From contig OZ024743.1 in the NCBI GenBank assembly GCA_964016885.1, forward strand, positions 110,918,001-110,982,000: 64,000 bases of DNA, given 5' to 3'. A model generated the notes under the pieces. It searched no databases, was not told where the DNA came from, and worked only from the letters and a program-made list of their open reading frames with translations. Positions 41,834-56,047 of this stretch are shown one piece after another (within the stretch, counting starts at the first letter, position 1; each line of letters opens with the position of its first letter). The stretch comes from Eledone cirrhosa (taxonomy: Eukaryota). Position numbers and translations under genes: made by a program.

Positions 41834-43194
41834 AAGAGAGTGAGAGAGAGAATATGTAATACGCTACTAAGAATGGAAAATAATGACGTTCATATGACTT
41901 ATAAGTTATATGCATTGTGTTTGTGTGCGTGTGTGTGAGTGTGTGTGTCTGTGTGTGTGATCATTTAAGTATTTCTGTATTTCAATGTGTATTTTTGAAC
42001 AATAATCATATTTTCCTTCAAACGTGTTATGTTGAACACCCGTAACATTTCATGATTTGTCTTTTATTAAGAATATTTCATATTTATATAATACTTTAGT
42101 TCGGAAATATGATGCTCCTATATACCTAAGTCTGTGATTGTTTTGAAATGTTCATACTTTCATCATAGTGTAACAGGCTTAATATTCGTATGCTTTAAAT
42201 ACTATTGTTTAAACATTATTGTTTTATATTATTATCTCCCTCACTCCGAAAACGATTGTATCGTTTAAAATATATCAACTAATATTCAGCTATATGATCT
42301 ATTTCCCTCTTGTTGGCCATCTATTTTTTCATCAGTGGCTATATTGATTTGTTATTGTTATTTTTAACTATAGGGTACACTATATACCTTCGAGGTTGTG
42401 CATGGCTTAGAAGCTATACATGTTCTTTCAAGTTGATTACATGAATAAATAAGCTGTTTGAAAATTATATTACAAATGATTAATAGCTCAGATAACTCAT
42501 TCGAAACTCTGTATTACGAAAATTCTTTAAAGAATCCGTTAATATAAACCCAAATATTTAGATGGTAATCGTAATCTATCAAAGCTCTATAAATCATTGG
42601 TGCTTTTACCGGACACCAAAAATTTGTTTGCATCTCATATGACGTCTAATGTGATTCAGATTGAGAGTAATAAAAATAAGTCTATTCAACTTGTCTTGTT
42701 ATGTTTAACTGACTGGAAGAGGGTAATGCGTGGAGTTTGGCGAATCAGGCTGTCATACAGGTCTATTAAAATTATGTGTCTGCGAAGTCGTTTTACTCTG
42801 TGGGTGCGTGTAAACGTATGCGTACTATGTATTTGCCGTAATCCTCCCTCCAACAAGTGTGAGTAGTTTATATGTTATACAGGAGGATTAAAGACAATAT
42901 TTACTCTACTGATGACTGTACAGCCGTCGCTTTGGCTATTATAATTATGTTTAAATAGTGTAGCTTGTATTCTATATGAGTATAAGTATAAATTGAACAG
43001 TAAAAAACATGTATTCTAACTTTGATAAAAAAAAGAGTTGACCGAGCCCTGATGGAATATAACATATTTATCCATACGAGTTAGATCATTATTGTTTTTA
43101 GCGTATAACGATAGTAATTACATTATGCAGTGAAGGTAAGCACGTAATTCCCTTATTAATCTGTTTCTATGTGCTTTTGCACATACAAACTCAA

Positions 43195-43486
43195 ACGTTT
43201 TCCTCCGAGGCACAAGTCTGAGCAAGGTCATTTGTGGAAGACCAGCAGTCACTCATGCATACCAGCCTACCCTCACCACACCAATGATGGGGTCCAAGAC
43301 AAGGGCAGTGGCTGATACAGCTTCGCAACTGTGACGTCACAAGTCATTTCTACACCTGAGTAAACGGGAGCAACGTCAAATGAAGTATTTTGATCAAAGA
43401 CACAACGTAGCACAGGGTCCGAGAAATGAGCTCAGACTTCCTGATTGCAAGCCCAATGCTCTAACCCCTAAGCCATGCACCTTCAC
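43195..43486 (-). mobile_element. tRNA-derived CORE-type SINE
   Basis: Minus strand gtgaaggtgcatggcttaggggttagagc...gtgtctttgatcaaaatacttcattt. Confidence 0.75.
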
Positions 43487-43564
43487 ACAAAGAGACACAC
43501 GCACAAACACAGACATACACCCACCAACAGACACTCGGGAATTTTATATTCTCCGAGAGTGAAA

Positions 43565-43647
43565 AGCCTTCTGACGATAATTTCTTTCTCAATGCAAATC
43601 CGTTTGGATTATCTATTTGTTTGGGATCTGAAACCACGGTGAGGGCT
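43565..43647 (+). ncRNA. Degenerate hammerhead motif (GUG at cleavage site)
   Basis: AGCCTT-CTGACGA-...TCTCAA.GCAAAT/ATTTGT.TTGGGA..-GAAA-CCACGG-TG-AGGGCT. Confidence 0.45.
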
Positions 43648-43744
43648 CATATAGTAACTATAGTGAATTTTTTGGAAATTATATTTTTTTACATTTTGAA
43701 AATATTTTCTGTGTTTACACTCCATTGATTTTATAAATATATAT

Positions 43745-43968
43745 ACAGGAACGAGAAGGACCCCGACGGCTGAGCTCAAGCCGTTTCGACGGCTAATTCT
43801 GGACATAATTAGCCATCGAATTAGTCGAATTAGTCCAGAATTAGCCGTCTAAACGGCTTGAGCTCAGCTGTCGGGGTCCTACTCGTTCATATTACCCACT
43901 CTACTACCCTAAGTATTGAGTACGTTGGTGCGTTATGGTCCATCTGGTTCCTTACCACATTTCCTTCG

Positions 43969-43970
<2 letters not shown>
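43745..43970. mobile_element. Inverted-dimer repeat family B, copy 4
   Basis: ggaccccgacggctgagctcaagccgttt..ctggac inverted versus gtccagaattagccgtc..gagctcagctgtcggggtcc; family terminus at right. Confidence 0.8.
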
Positions 43971-44022
<52 letters not shown>

Positions 44023-44106
44023 AAATATATTTATATATGTATATATATATTACTTCGTTTTGTGTTTGCTTTAGAAAGATTGCTTATCTCAAAACGTATG
44101 TTGAGC

Positions 44107-44158
<52 letters not shown>

Positions 44159-44240
44159 AAATATATATATATATGTATATATATATTACTTCGTTTTGTG
44201 TTTGCTTTAGAAAGATTGCTTATCTCAAAACGTATGTTGA

Positions 44241-44313
<73 letters not shown>

Positions 44314-44858
44314 TATATATATATATATATACTGTTGCCTCTATGTAGACAAGCATACAATTTTAGTGTATTCGCGCTGACCCCATTTTATAAAGATATT
44401 GGTGATTTATATTTAAAATAATTGTTATATTTTCTTTGCGTGTTTCTGAAAAGAAAATATAGGAAATTTCTTTCATAATTATGTACAATATTTTTTTATA
44501 TTATTTCGGTTAACATTTATATCTTTCTATCGTATTGAAATCAAACAAACGATCAAAACATATTTTCCATTGTTTGTATTAAACAAACATTATTCAGATA
44601 GTCTTCGTCTTGCAGATGTTTCCCTAAAATATTTTCACACGAGCTTTAAAAGAATCGGTAATTAGTTTGGCATCTTTAGTTGCATGTTTCGTATGAATTT
44701 TTATCCTCTACTCATGAGATTTCTGTTAAGGACTTATGGGGTTTAAGATTGTTATAACTAGATATTACTAATATCCATTTTAACTACGGGGATTTCCTGC
44801 AAACAGTTAATATCACTTTGTTTTCGCGTATATATATGTTCACACAATAAAAGGCATT

Positions 44859-44930
<72 letters not shown>

Positions 44931-45588
44931 TTTATGTTAGGGTGTTTAACAATGGGTAGACCTTGTTTGTTAAGAATAATGCAATAAATTAATTAAATCA
45001 CATAACATTATGAAAAGCATCCTCGTCGAATTGGTGTCCTGTGGCTGGTGAAGAAACAGAGGTAAAACAAAAAGTGGAGGCTAGACTGCGAAATTTACTT
45101 TAGCATTTTAATTCCGCGAAACCACTATACACATTTCGATGGGCCAGCCGTATCAATCGATTATGCTGAATGACTAGATAGTTTCATTACGTGTTAATTG
45201 CAGAATTATATTATATTGAACGCGTATACAGAATAGAAGAAAGGAAATAGGTAACGGACGCGTTTCTGGGACAGCCTGCTAATTTGGTGTTATATCATTA
45301 GCAGACCGTCTCCGAAAACACACACACACGCGCATGAACACACATACACACACACACATGTACACGCCCCCACCACAACCGCAACCCCACACACACACAC
45401 AAACACATATATATATATATATATATTAAAGTTGACAAAGTGGATGTGTGGTTACCAATAAAAATGATTTAGAAAGCGTAAGAGAAAGACAAACATAAGG
45501 ACAGTTCCTACTTATCGGCCGTCTACTGTGGCTCGCTGAAATCTGTGCTTCTCCCACGTTTTCTAAACAATATATAAATATAGTTATA

Positions 45589-45675
<87 letters not shown>

Positions 45676-45677
<2 letters not shown>

Positions 45678-46596
45678 TTAAAGTATATATACATATAAAC
45701 TAGACGAGGCCATTGAAATATATATATATGTTTTTTGCAACCATTCACAGTGTGGTTCAATGACGAATTAATTAGATAATTAATAATCATAGCAATATAT
45801 AATAAGTAAGTCCATAGAATCATTAGATAAAATATACATTATTTCTTCTCCCAATCAGCATAAATTAACCATACAAAAAATAATTTAAACGAGGCTATAG
45901 GTTTAAAATATCCCTATGAAGAAATAGTAGATAAATTATACAGCTCTTTATCCGCGATTCACAGCTATAGAAAATATACACATTATTTCTGATAGCCTGT
46001 AGAAATTGACTAGACATATAGTTAACCATACATAATTATATGCAAAATCAAAGTTAGAAGAAAAAATGCACATAAACATACCAAACTCATCAATACATCT
46101 CTACTACCGGCAGTTTCATTCCGTTTGTGGATATATCCATTTTGGATAAATCAACGAGGTTGGAAATCATCAGGAGATAAACTCATTTGGACAAAGATTT
46201 TTCTTACATGATCCCCGCCAGAAACGAATTCAAAATGGCTAAGAATCGTTCACGTGTCTAGTGGTCAAGGCAGAAAGTTCGTGAGTGGTGCCTGTCGGCG
46301 AGTAGGCAGGTTGCTAGAAAGCGCAGCCGAATACTGCCTAAAGTTTTACTCAACCTTACGGGAGTATATAACATTTAAAGTGTATATACATATAAATTAG
46401 ACAAGGCCATAGAATATATATATATGTTTTTGGCAACCATTCACAGTATGGCTCAATGACGAATTAATTAAATAATTAATAATCAGGGCAATATATAAAA
46501 AGTAAGTCCATAGAATCATTAGATAAAATATAGATTATTTCTACTCCCAATCAGCATAAATTAATCACACAAAAAATCATTTAAACGAGGCTATAG
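45676..46596 (-). mobile_element. Retrozyme-like element: ~697-bp unit with ~225-bp direct terminal redundancy and one HHR
   Basis: 45676-45900 repeats at 46373-46596; HHR between the repeats; abuts (TA)n. Confidence 0.75.
46097..46178 (-). ncRNA. Type I hammerhead motif
   Basis: ATCTC-CTGATGA-tTTCC..ATCCA/TGGAT..GGAAt-GAAA-CTGCCGGTAG-TA-GAGAT. Confidence 0.75.
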
Positions 46597-47702
46597 CATT
46601 AAAAAGTCTCAACATATTGATTTTTATATATTTATTTAGTAATACTGAAATCTTAAATATTTACCATGCAATTGCACGGGTTATATTAACCCTTATTTGA
46701 TTGTCATGGTACCGATACATTTTAATTCATTATTTGTAAGATATGATAGATATACTTTTGCTATTAATATTACGCTTTTTTTTGCAGAAGATAATTTAAT
46801 GGTGAAAGCATTCGCACCGCTGGACGTGATTAGCGTAGAGTCTACAAAAAATACCTAAGAACAAGCTACTTTTAGCAAGAAAGGTAAATTCAAATAAAAT
46901 ACTCAACTGCTCACTATTTATATCTCTAAAGATCTATGCAAAAATGTATTCGAATTGCTGGATTTAGATGCAAAATATTATTATCCTTGGATTTAGGTCA
47001 CAGTTATAAGGATCAGTAAAACAGCATAATTGACAAACAGAATCTTTCATATGATTTAATACGTAAATATTCCCTCATGTATTCTCTAGATTTCCTTCTA
47101 TCTAATAGAGTATAAATCATACTCTACAAAAATCTCATATCAATATTTTTATCTTACGTATGTCAATATTATTTCATAATTTATTACGGAAATATATATA
47201 TATCAATATAGAACACATAATCTTATGGTATACACTATATATTGCTGTAATCTTCATTAATTCCAAGATGTTTTATTTTAATAGCGTTATACATACATTA
47301 AAAATACAATATCTACAAAATAGATGTGTTTTTATTTGCATTTTCGCAAAAAAAGCATATATTACATTTTCTGATTATATAATATGTCACTTAAAATGTA
47401 CAAACATAAGTGAATTTAAACATTTAACACGCTATAGATTATTATGAGAATAATGTTGTGCGTAAGAGAATTGCCATTCTACGTCCTAAATCTAGAAAAA
47501 TATTTCATATTAAATCATATTTTGTGTGTTTTCTATTTTCAAATTATTGTTCAGGTATTAGATTATAATAGAACAATGAAACGATATAATATACTCGTGT
47601 TCATTCCTTTCCCATCGGTAATAGAACAGTAGAAAAAGCAGTTTCAGCATGAGGCTCGAATAATCGCTATGGTTATGATAAATCCATATTATTTAGATAT
47701 GT

Positions 47703-47887
47703 GTTGGATTGGCAGTATCGGTAGAGGGTCGGACGCCATGCTTTGACGTATAGAGTTACGGTCCTTGCCATTCTGAGTTCAAATCCCGCTGAGGTTTACT
47801 TTGCCTTTCATCCTTACGGAGTCGATAAAATAAAGTACCAGTAATGCACTGGGTAATTGCTGGCCTTGTGCCAAACGTAGAAACAAT
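47703..47887 (+). mobile_element. Family-1 SINE with target-site duplication
   Basis: ttatttagatatgt on both sides. Confidence 0.88.
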
Positions 47888-49721
47888 TATTTAGATATGT
47901 AAATGTAACCAAATTAGATTTAATAATCAAATAGAACCGTGATCTTCAGAAGTGAACTATTTGCATCCCCAAATCTATTTACTTTTTAGACATACACTTG
48001 GGATTTTTTGGCTTTCTAAATCCACTATATATGCATTTCTACTATATTCTATATTTATCATAAAAGACTCCATATAGCATAAACATAATTCATATATATT
48101 CGATTTATTTGTTCCAATTTAACTCCCCAAATTACAGCTTCTACTAAAATCTCCAAAGAACACATATCAGGAATATTTGAATGAATTTTGTATTGTGTTT
48201 AGGTTTAATTTGTGGAATGGTCTATTCAGATATTATATATCTACCTGAATATCATAAAATATACACCAAGTAAACATTAAGTAGCGATACAAATATATAA
48301 ATAATTCATCTCTATATTTCCTCTCCTTATTTCAGCGCATTTTAAAATTGTATAGGCCCGATTATAATTTTCGAGGATATAGTGTATATCATATAGTTAT
48401 GCAGGTGTTCCTCCAAGTATCCGCATTCGACCATTCACAAACTAGTGTCCCGCATTAAACCGAAAGCAAAACGTACTTAGATTTATAGCTATTGAATTCA
48501 AACATATTTACTCGGTTCTCCATATCTTCCGAGTGAAAGTGGTATATACATCATACATATTAAATGATAAGGAGCGGAATACAACGTCCTTCATATTAAA
48601 TTAAAAGAAATGTCAATCATTGTTTTAAGACCACTTATTTTAGTTACATATTTTTACCTAAATACAAATCTGCATTACATTTGTGTAAATTCAGAACTTG
48701 ATTATACAAGTAAAAAACAGTGGAAAGCATTTAATTTGGCACTCAATTAATTTGACTATTCAACCATCTCACATGTCCATGCTTGCGTAATCGGCACTAT
48801 TTTATTCGGAGTGTCTTCTATATTTATCGTATCACCATTTCAATCAAACCTGCAAGATTAATCATATATCCTCTACATTTGACGGTAATATTTACAAAGA
48901 AACCCTTAAAATTTGTTCACAAATATTTCAACTTTGAAACCCTATATATGTGTTTTCTGCGTGAAGGGAATTCCTGTTATATAATAAGTCAAAGTTTACG
49001 ATTAAAATATGATTAACTACAAATCATATACTTTCTCTTTAAATGCATAACATCTAAATCAGAGATGAATATATTCCCACCTGTCGTCTAAAGCTGCGAA
49101 AATGAAGTGTTACATATATTTAGTATATGCTATGATATCATGTGCATCATTACAAGCATAAGCAGATAATGTTCTGCTCTCAATCAGTTTGAATAGTATG
49201 GGTCATTAGCAGCGTCTTTGTTATGTTACATTATGTGTTGAATGTATTTGATTTTAGGTAATTATTGATGTCATATTTTCAAGTAATTATTGAGGTTCCA
49301 TATATATTTATCGAATATATTCGACCTAACCATATAATCAGATTTCAATATATTTTAAAATATCTCACTTTATATCAATGTTATTGTATTCAATGAATTA
49401 TTCAATGTATGTGTCATTTTAAATATTTATTCGCTTGTAAAGAGACCTGTACAGGGGATTATCAAATGTGATATCTAATTCATATCTAAATACTTGTAAC
49501 CTTTTAATACATGAATAAATGTCCCGTTTCAGTTCCATTTAGTAGAATTCAATTGCGGTTTTAAAATGATCATAAGCGGAACACTAATTTTAAGAGTTTC
49601 AAAACAGACCTCATTACACACACACACACACGCATATACACATACACGCACGCACGCACACACACACATACACACACACACACACACACAGACACACAAA
49701 AAAACACACACACACACACAC

Positions 49722-49793
<72 letters not shown>

Positions 49794-49898
49794 CATATAT
49801 ATATATATATGAAAGCAACACGTAAACGGATTTAACAAAGCAAACATAAAAGTAATATGAAGAAAGATATAAGTTCACCACTTGATTTAGTGGGAAAA

Positions 49899-49940
49899 CT
49901 ATCTTTATGTTTCGGACACTGTTTCCTCGTCAGAAGATAG
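49899..49940 (-). ncRNA. Minimal type I hammerhead motif
   Basis: CTATCTT-CTGACGA-GGA aacagtg TCC-GAAA-CA-TA-AAGATAG; perfect 7-bp stem I; ~90 nt from a (TA)n tract. Confidence 0.8.
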
Positions 49941-50454
49941 AATGAGAATTAAAAGATGAAATAGAAAGATACTGAGTGAGAAAAGGAAGCAACGCAAAAA
50001 ATTGTTTTTTGAACAAAAGCATCTGTGACAGGTATTCTTTAGTAAGAATGATTTTATGTTTGTTTTCCAATGAATAAAGAATATGTAAACTCCCCTTCGC
50101 TAAAATACATTGAACCATAAATGTTGACCTGTTATATGGGAAATATACTGGAAATGTCTATATCTTTTAGTCAAAAACAGGAGGCTAATTTTTATAGAGA
50201 TGGAATAGAACTTGTGTGTACACGATATATATAACGTCATGTATTTTTATGTGCATGTGAGCATGTGTGTATATTTGTGTATTAAAGTTTGTAAACGTGA
50301 GAAAAATTAATGAACAAAATATTGATAAATATAAGAACGCGAATGAAATGAAAATGGTAAGAGAAAAATGGTTAGCAACATGTAGATTATGTACATAAAA
50401 ATTGCACACAGGCGTAGGTATCGCAAGAAAATTACACAAACACAACCCCCCCCC

Positions 50455-50506
<52 letters not shown>

Positions 50507-50570
50507 TGTTCATGTAAATGTACATGTATCTCTCTATCTACCTATCTCTTTCTTATTCTCTCTCTCAATG

Positions 50571-50607
<37 letters not shown>

Positions 50608-51279
50608 GAACGGTGCGCGGAACTGTGAAAGCGGCTTAATTCACTACTTCTGTTAAGGATTTTTATTTCCATATATATTTGTATATATCTCGGAGGTAAA
50701 TTTCACTCCAGAAACTATGAAAAAATCCTACATGTCTATCACATACCTATTTATGTACACACAGAAACATGGTTGTACTTTCCTTCTTTTCAATTTGAGT
50801 TGAGTTACGTTATTCATATTTAAATAATTTACTCATTCGAAGCTTTAATGTATGCTGCAAGCCTGTTTCCTTTTCCTTCTCTCAGGAATTTCCCTCAATT
50901 GAAGGTATAAGGAATGTAATTTTACATACATACCATATTTTTATCTACGCCTTAGTGAGATTTTAAATAATCGTTTCCTACTGAAGTTTATAAAACAGAC
51001 AACTCGACATATTTACGCGAGAACAGAAAATCCACAGTCCCCCGAGTTTTCTAAGATGTTCGTCCCTGTATGTAATTGACAGCTTACTTTTCTTCCCATT
51101 CTCTTTCTCACGTCATTCCTATAGAAATTAACGTACATTACTTTGTTTTTGTATAATCTTGATATTTTAAATCATGTTTGCTACATTTTTGTAATTATTG
51201 ATAAATTCATTTATTTCATATTTCACTCTGATTTTCTTAAGGTAAACATACATAAACTTATATGCATAAACTCATGCAA

Positions 51280-51439
<160 letters not shown>

Positions 51440-51524
51440 GTGTGTGTGTGTGTGTGTGTGTATACGTGTGTGCGTGCGTGTGCGTGCGTGCGTGTGTGTG
51501 CGTGTGTGCGTGTGTGTGTGTCTG

Positions 51525-51555
<31 letters not shown>

Positions 51556-54500
51556 AACTTCTGTCTCTACTTATATTTGCGCCTTCCGGCTAATTTCCAC
51601 ATGGCATTTGTTTAATTTGCTGCATAAAGAAATATAAAACCGTGCCTTCATATTCTTAAATTGTTTTTATTGGATCTTACTTTGACATATTTTTGAATCA
51701 TGACTTTTGTCTGAACCTCTCATATTTAATTAATTCTGTACACATTGTTTATGAACCTTTGGTTTCAATGGTTTATTTAATGTTTTGTTTTCACATTTTT
51801 GTTTTCCATTATTTTATGAGTTCTATGTTTGATTTATAGATATATAATTTCACAAAATGTTGGCTATATGAAAACGATGTTAACTATAGACAATTGCAGG
51901 AGAGAAGTAAGATACAATTTTGAACGATAAATTCCATGTAATTCTAATTAACACACACTAATTTAAATTCAAGTACATTTCGATTATGTTGAAGTTACGT
52001 AAATATATCATCTGCAATGTGTAAATACCATATACAGCATACATTTCTTGATATAAATAATATTATATACGCATCCATGTCAATCACCTCGTATTCTGCT
52101 CAAACCGATCGCAAGACGATGATGTTGTAAATATGAAAATAATGTCCAACTGAATTTAAACATGGCTGTGACCATTTCCTCTCAAGTTTGAAAATAGTTG
52201 ATTTGTTATCCCAGAGAATGTGGGCATGTGAGAAAGGAATACACCATACGAAAACTCTATTTCTGTTTTTTAGTGATTTCAAAATGATGAAAGGCAGTTA
52301 ACCATGGCGAGATGTGAAATCATATCGTAGAGAGCAGGAGAGAATACTGCAAATCGTCCTCTCCGATTGCTTAATGACTACGCCTATTCGGTCCTATAAT
52401 GAAACTAGACCGTACAATTACCATATCACGATTTTGTTACTTTTAATTTTCATTTAAAATATGCCTGAATTATGGAAATAGCAATGTATGTGACAAAGAT
52501 CAAATATCTTTGACGTGATGTTTTCAAGTATTATTGCCTACATTAGAAGATATTTATATCTTAATACGATCGACATGAGTTTTCAGAGACATAATTTTGG
52601 TTCCCCTATCGGAGCAGATTATTTTCGCTTGTTTTCTGCAAAATGGTTGACGTCGGGATAGATACAACTGCGGAAACGATGCCTTTCTCATTGGTTATAG
52701 TTCATATAAAAACATTGGTTATAGTTTTATATAAAACAGCCTATCAATTTAAATTATGATCCTGAGATCGTTAAAATAAGGTCTTTTAAAGTATGGATTA
52801 CATACGGCTAATAACAGCTGTGTTGAATCTACACTATATTTGCGGTCAAAATATTGTGTCATAAAATATACTCCTGGAATCTACGTGTAAAATATAGTTA
52901 ATACTTTGAATTAATATACATCATAGTGAAATATATATATAATTCGACAATTTAATATAGTTTTCAATTGCATTCGCTTAGCCACTATTTAAATAAATCG
53001 CCATTACACCATGGAAAGAAGTGCCATTTAAAGATCAAACTGAAAAATGAAATATTTAAGAAAATAGACTTTGCTATTAATGTGCTATACTTAAACGTGA
53101 ATGGCTTCTATTAATTCAAGTGTATCTTCAACAAAAGATGTTAGAGATAAAGTGTCATGCCATGATATTAAACTTGAACGCTCTATCCTTACGGTAGACA
53201 CTATTTGCAATATAAATATAATGAATTCCATGGGAAAATAATGCCGAAACAATCCAAAACAAATAAAGTAATATGACCTAGCATCATGGCATATTCTTAT
53301 ATGTATCTAGATTTCGAAGCTTCGGTTTTCTGAAATTGTCTATATAGCGACCACTATAAATCAATGTTTGCATAATCACAAAGGATACGTTGATGTACAT
53401 GATAATCGGAAGTAGACGATCAACGTTGAAAGCGCGTATAAAATATCTAGTATTTGAATTTACGTAAATTGTTAGCTCAATAATAATTATTATAATCATC
53501 TGGCGAAATCATTACAAGGTTAGGTAAAATATCTGCTGAATATAAATTGAATTATTTACGTTGTGAGAACTGAAATCCTCTCGAGGTGAATTTTTCCGTC
53601 ACATGACCAGAGTAGACAAAATAATGCACTTGTGCACACACACATTTCTGGCCTTGTTACTGACTTAGAAACCATTCCTATTGTGGTTAGTATTATTAGG
53701 CATCACATAATTTGGAAAAGGAAAGACACAAGATAATGTAAGTGCTTGAACACCTTTGCACATACAATTGCTCAGCGATGTTCCTACTAGAGCTAAACAA
53801 GAGAAGCAACTAAACATACTTAGCTGAAATTATGTACAATATTATTTAGAAACAAAATTCTTTCGTATATTGTTAGATACTTAACTATCACGTATCTTAC
53901 AATAGGAAGAACACATAGATTGTCATTTGGTGTATCATAACCAACACACACGTTTATATTAAAATACAAGCGCACACACAGTGTGGTAGGCTTTAACCCT
54001 AGCAAAACCACTTTCTTATCACTGTCATTATCCGCTATAAGAAATTGTTCTTTCTGTCGTGGTTTCCTGGGTGACTAAATGATATTGTTTTCAAATTTCT
54101 TGGAAGGTGCAATGTGTGTATTTTGTAGACACAGCGTTAACAGGAGCTGTTTTCTTGTGCATAACATTTAACTTGGATTTTTTTTTTCTTATTGCAGTAG
54201 CATCAGTTTAAAGGGGAGGATGATATAAATACATATAAATGAAAAGGTTATATAGGGGTTCTGAAGTATAATATATATACATTATTTATATATAGAGAGA
54301 CAGAAAATGTATTGACTAATGTATTGACTAAAGGGGGATTTTACATGCTATTCTAAGTTGTGTTTAGAACAATTATCTTGCACTCAAAGTTTTCTACTTT
54401 TTCTTGGAATTTCAAAACACTCTACGCCCCAATATTTATTTTTAAAGATTTATCACACTGAAAAGCTGATATATAGCTTTATTGGAGCTAGCTACTGTCG

Positions 54501-54660
54501 TCAGGGATAGTTTAGCGCAGCTCCAATTTGATTAGTACGGAGTTCGAAAGTCTATAGGGGCTGCTGACCGCATTTTACATCTATGGCATTTCAACAGCAC
54601 TCATCACTCAAGCAGATATGTAAAAAGATGCTTATATTGAACTATTATTTTCATAAAAAA

Positions 54661-54848
54661 GGCGGTGAATTGGCCGTATTGGTAGAGGGCTTGATTATGC
54701 TTTCCAGCATAGTTACGTCTCTTTATGATCTGAGTTCAATTCCCGCCGAGGTTAACTTTGCCTTTCATCCTTACGGGGTCGATAAAATAAAGTACCAGTA
54801 ATGTACTGGGATAATTGCTGGCCTTGTGCCAAAAAAGTAGAAACAATT
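54661..54848 (+). mobile_element. Family-1 SINE
   Basis: Same consensus as other copies; attattttcat on both flanks. Confidence 0.85.
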
Positions 54849-54899
54849 ATTTTCATCAACTAAAAATCAGGAAATATAAAAGCAAAAATCTCACCGATA

Positions 54900-55200
54900 C
54901 ACATGTGAAAACCACCAAAAGATGGAAAAAGAAAAGCTATTCCACTCATGTAAAATCTGTTGACCATCGTGCGCGTAACATTTATACGCGTAATATATAT
55001 ACAAACACCTTTCGGCGCATCCCAAACTCATCCGCTTCTATTTGTGATTTTAATCTTTCTATCATTAAATATGAATCATGACCATAGAGAACAATTGACA
55101 GGAAAACAAAATTGAAGATAGCGAATTTGGCTTTGTTCCCTACCTCAATATATCGGAGGGTCGAATGCAGAAGCTGGCAAAATACTGAGCCCATTATGAC
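54900..55200 (-). mobile_element. RTE-like LINE fragment
   Basis: KAKFAIFNFVFLSIVLYGHDSY..IEADEFGMRRKV. Confidence 0.55.
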
Positions 55201-55295
55201 ATTTAATGTAAAGATAAAATAATTTAGTTTTGTGTTAATTTGTAATGTCTTATTAAGTAAGAAAGCAAAGTCCAGCAGTCGCAAGATTGGAGGGA

Positions 55296-55335
55296 CGTCC
55301 TAATGAAGACCAGTTAAGTAAGAAATGCATCGACG
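55296..55335 (+). ncRNA. Degenerate hammerhead motif
   Basis: CGTC-CTAATGA-...-GAAA-TGCA-TC-GACG; core G5 mutated and stem II eroded. Confidence 0.33.
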
Positions 55336-55672
55336 ATTGTACCTCTTGCCTGTGGAGCACAGGAATAGGAAATTTCACTTAATCGTTGCGAAACAAATTT
55401 AAAATTAAAAATTAAAAATGTGTCCAAGTAAGTATCACGGCTATTGCCAATATAGGTTTGTTTTTATTGATTTATTATTTTAATTAGCATTTTTTCAATC
55501 TAGCTAACTTGGTCATTTGCAATGCGAACATATGTATACTTGTATCAGTGTTTATGCCTATCATATATTCATTTGTATTACACGGCTCAGAAATATTCCT
55601 TTCTTTGAGCTATTTAACTGTAAAAGACTATTTGAGTTTATAACTCTATATATAATATATATATATATAATA

Positions 55673-55704
<32 letters not shown>

Positions 55705-55725
55705 ATATATATATATATATATATA

Positions 55726-55790
<65 letters not shown>

Positions 55791-55947
55791 ATATATTAGA
55801 TATCATAATCATTATTATGACATTCATCAATATCAAATTTGTCAAGGTTGTCGTCGTAATCGTCATCGTTGTCATCAGCAGCAACATTACTTCCATAGAC
55901 ATGATCACCAACATCATAATACTAATAACTAAATGACGATGACGACA

Positions 55948-56047
55948 AAGAAGAAGAAGAAGAAGAAGAAGAAGAAGAAGAAGAAGAAGAAGAAGAAGAA
56001 GAAGAAGAAGAAGAAGAAGCAGAAGAAGAAGAAGAAGAAGAAGAAGA
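55948..56047. repeat. (AAG)n microsatellite
   Basis: Direct reading. Confidence 0.95.
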
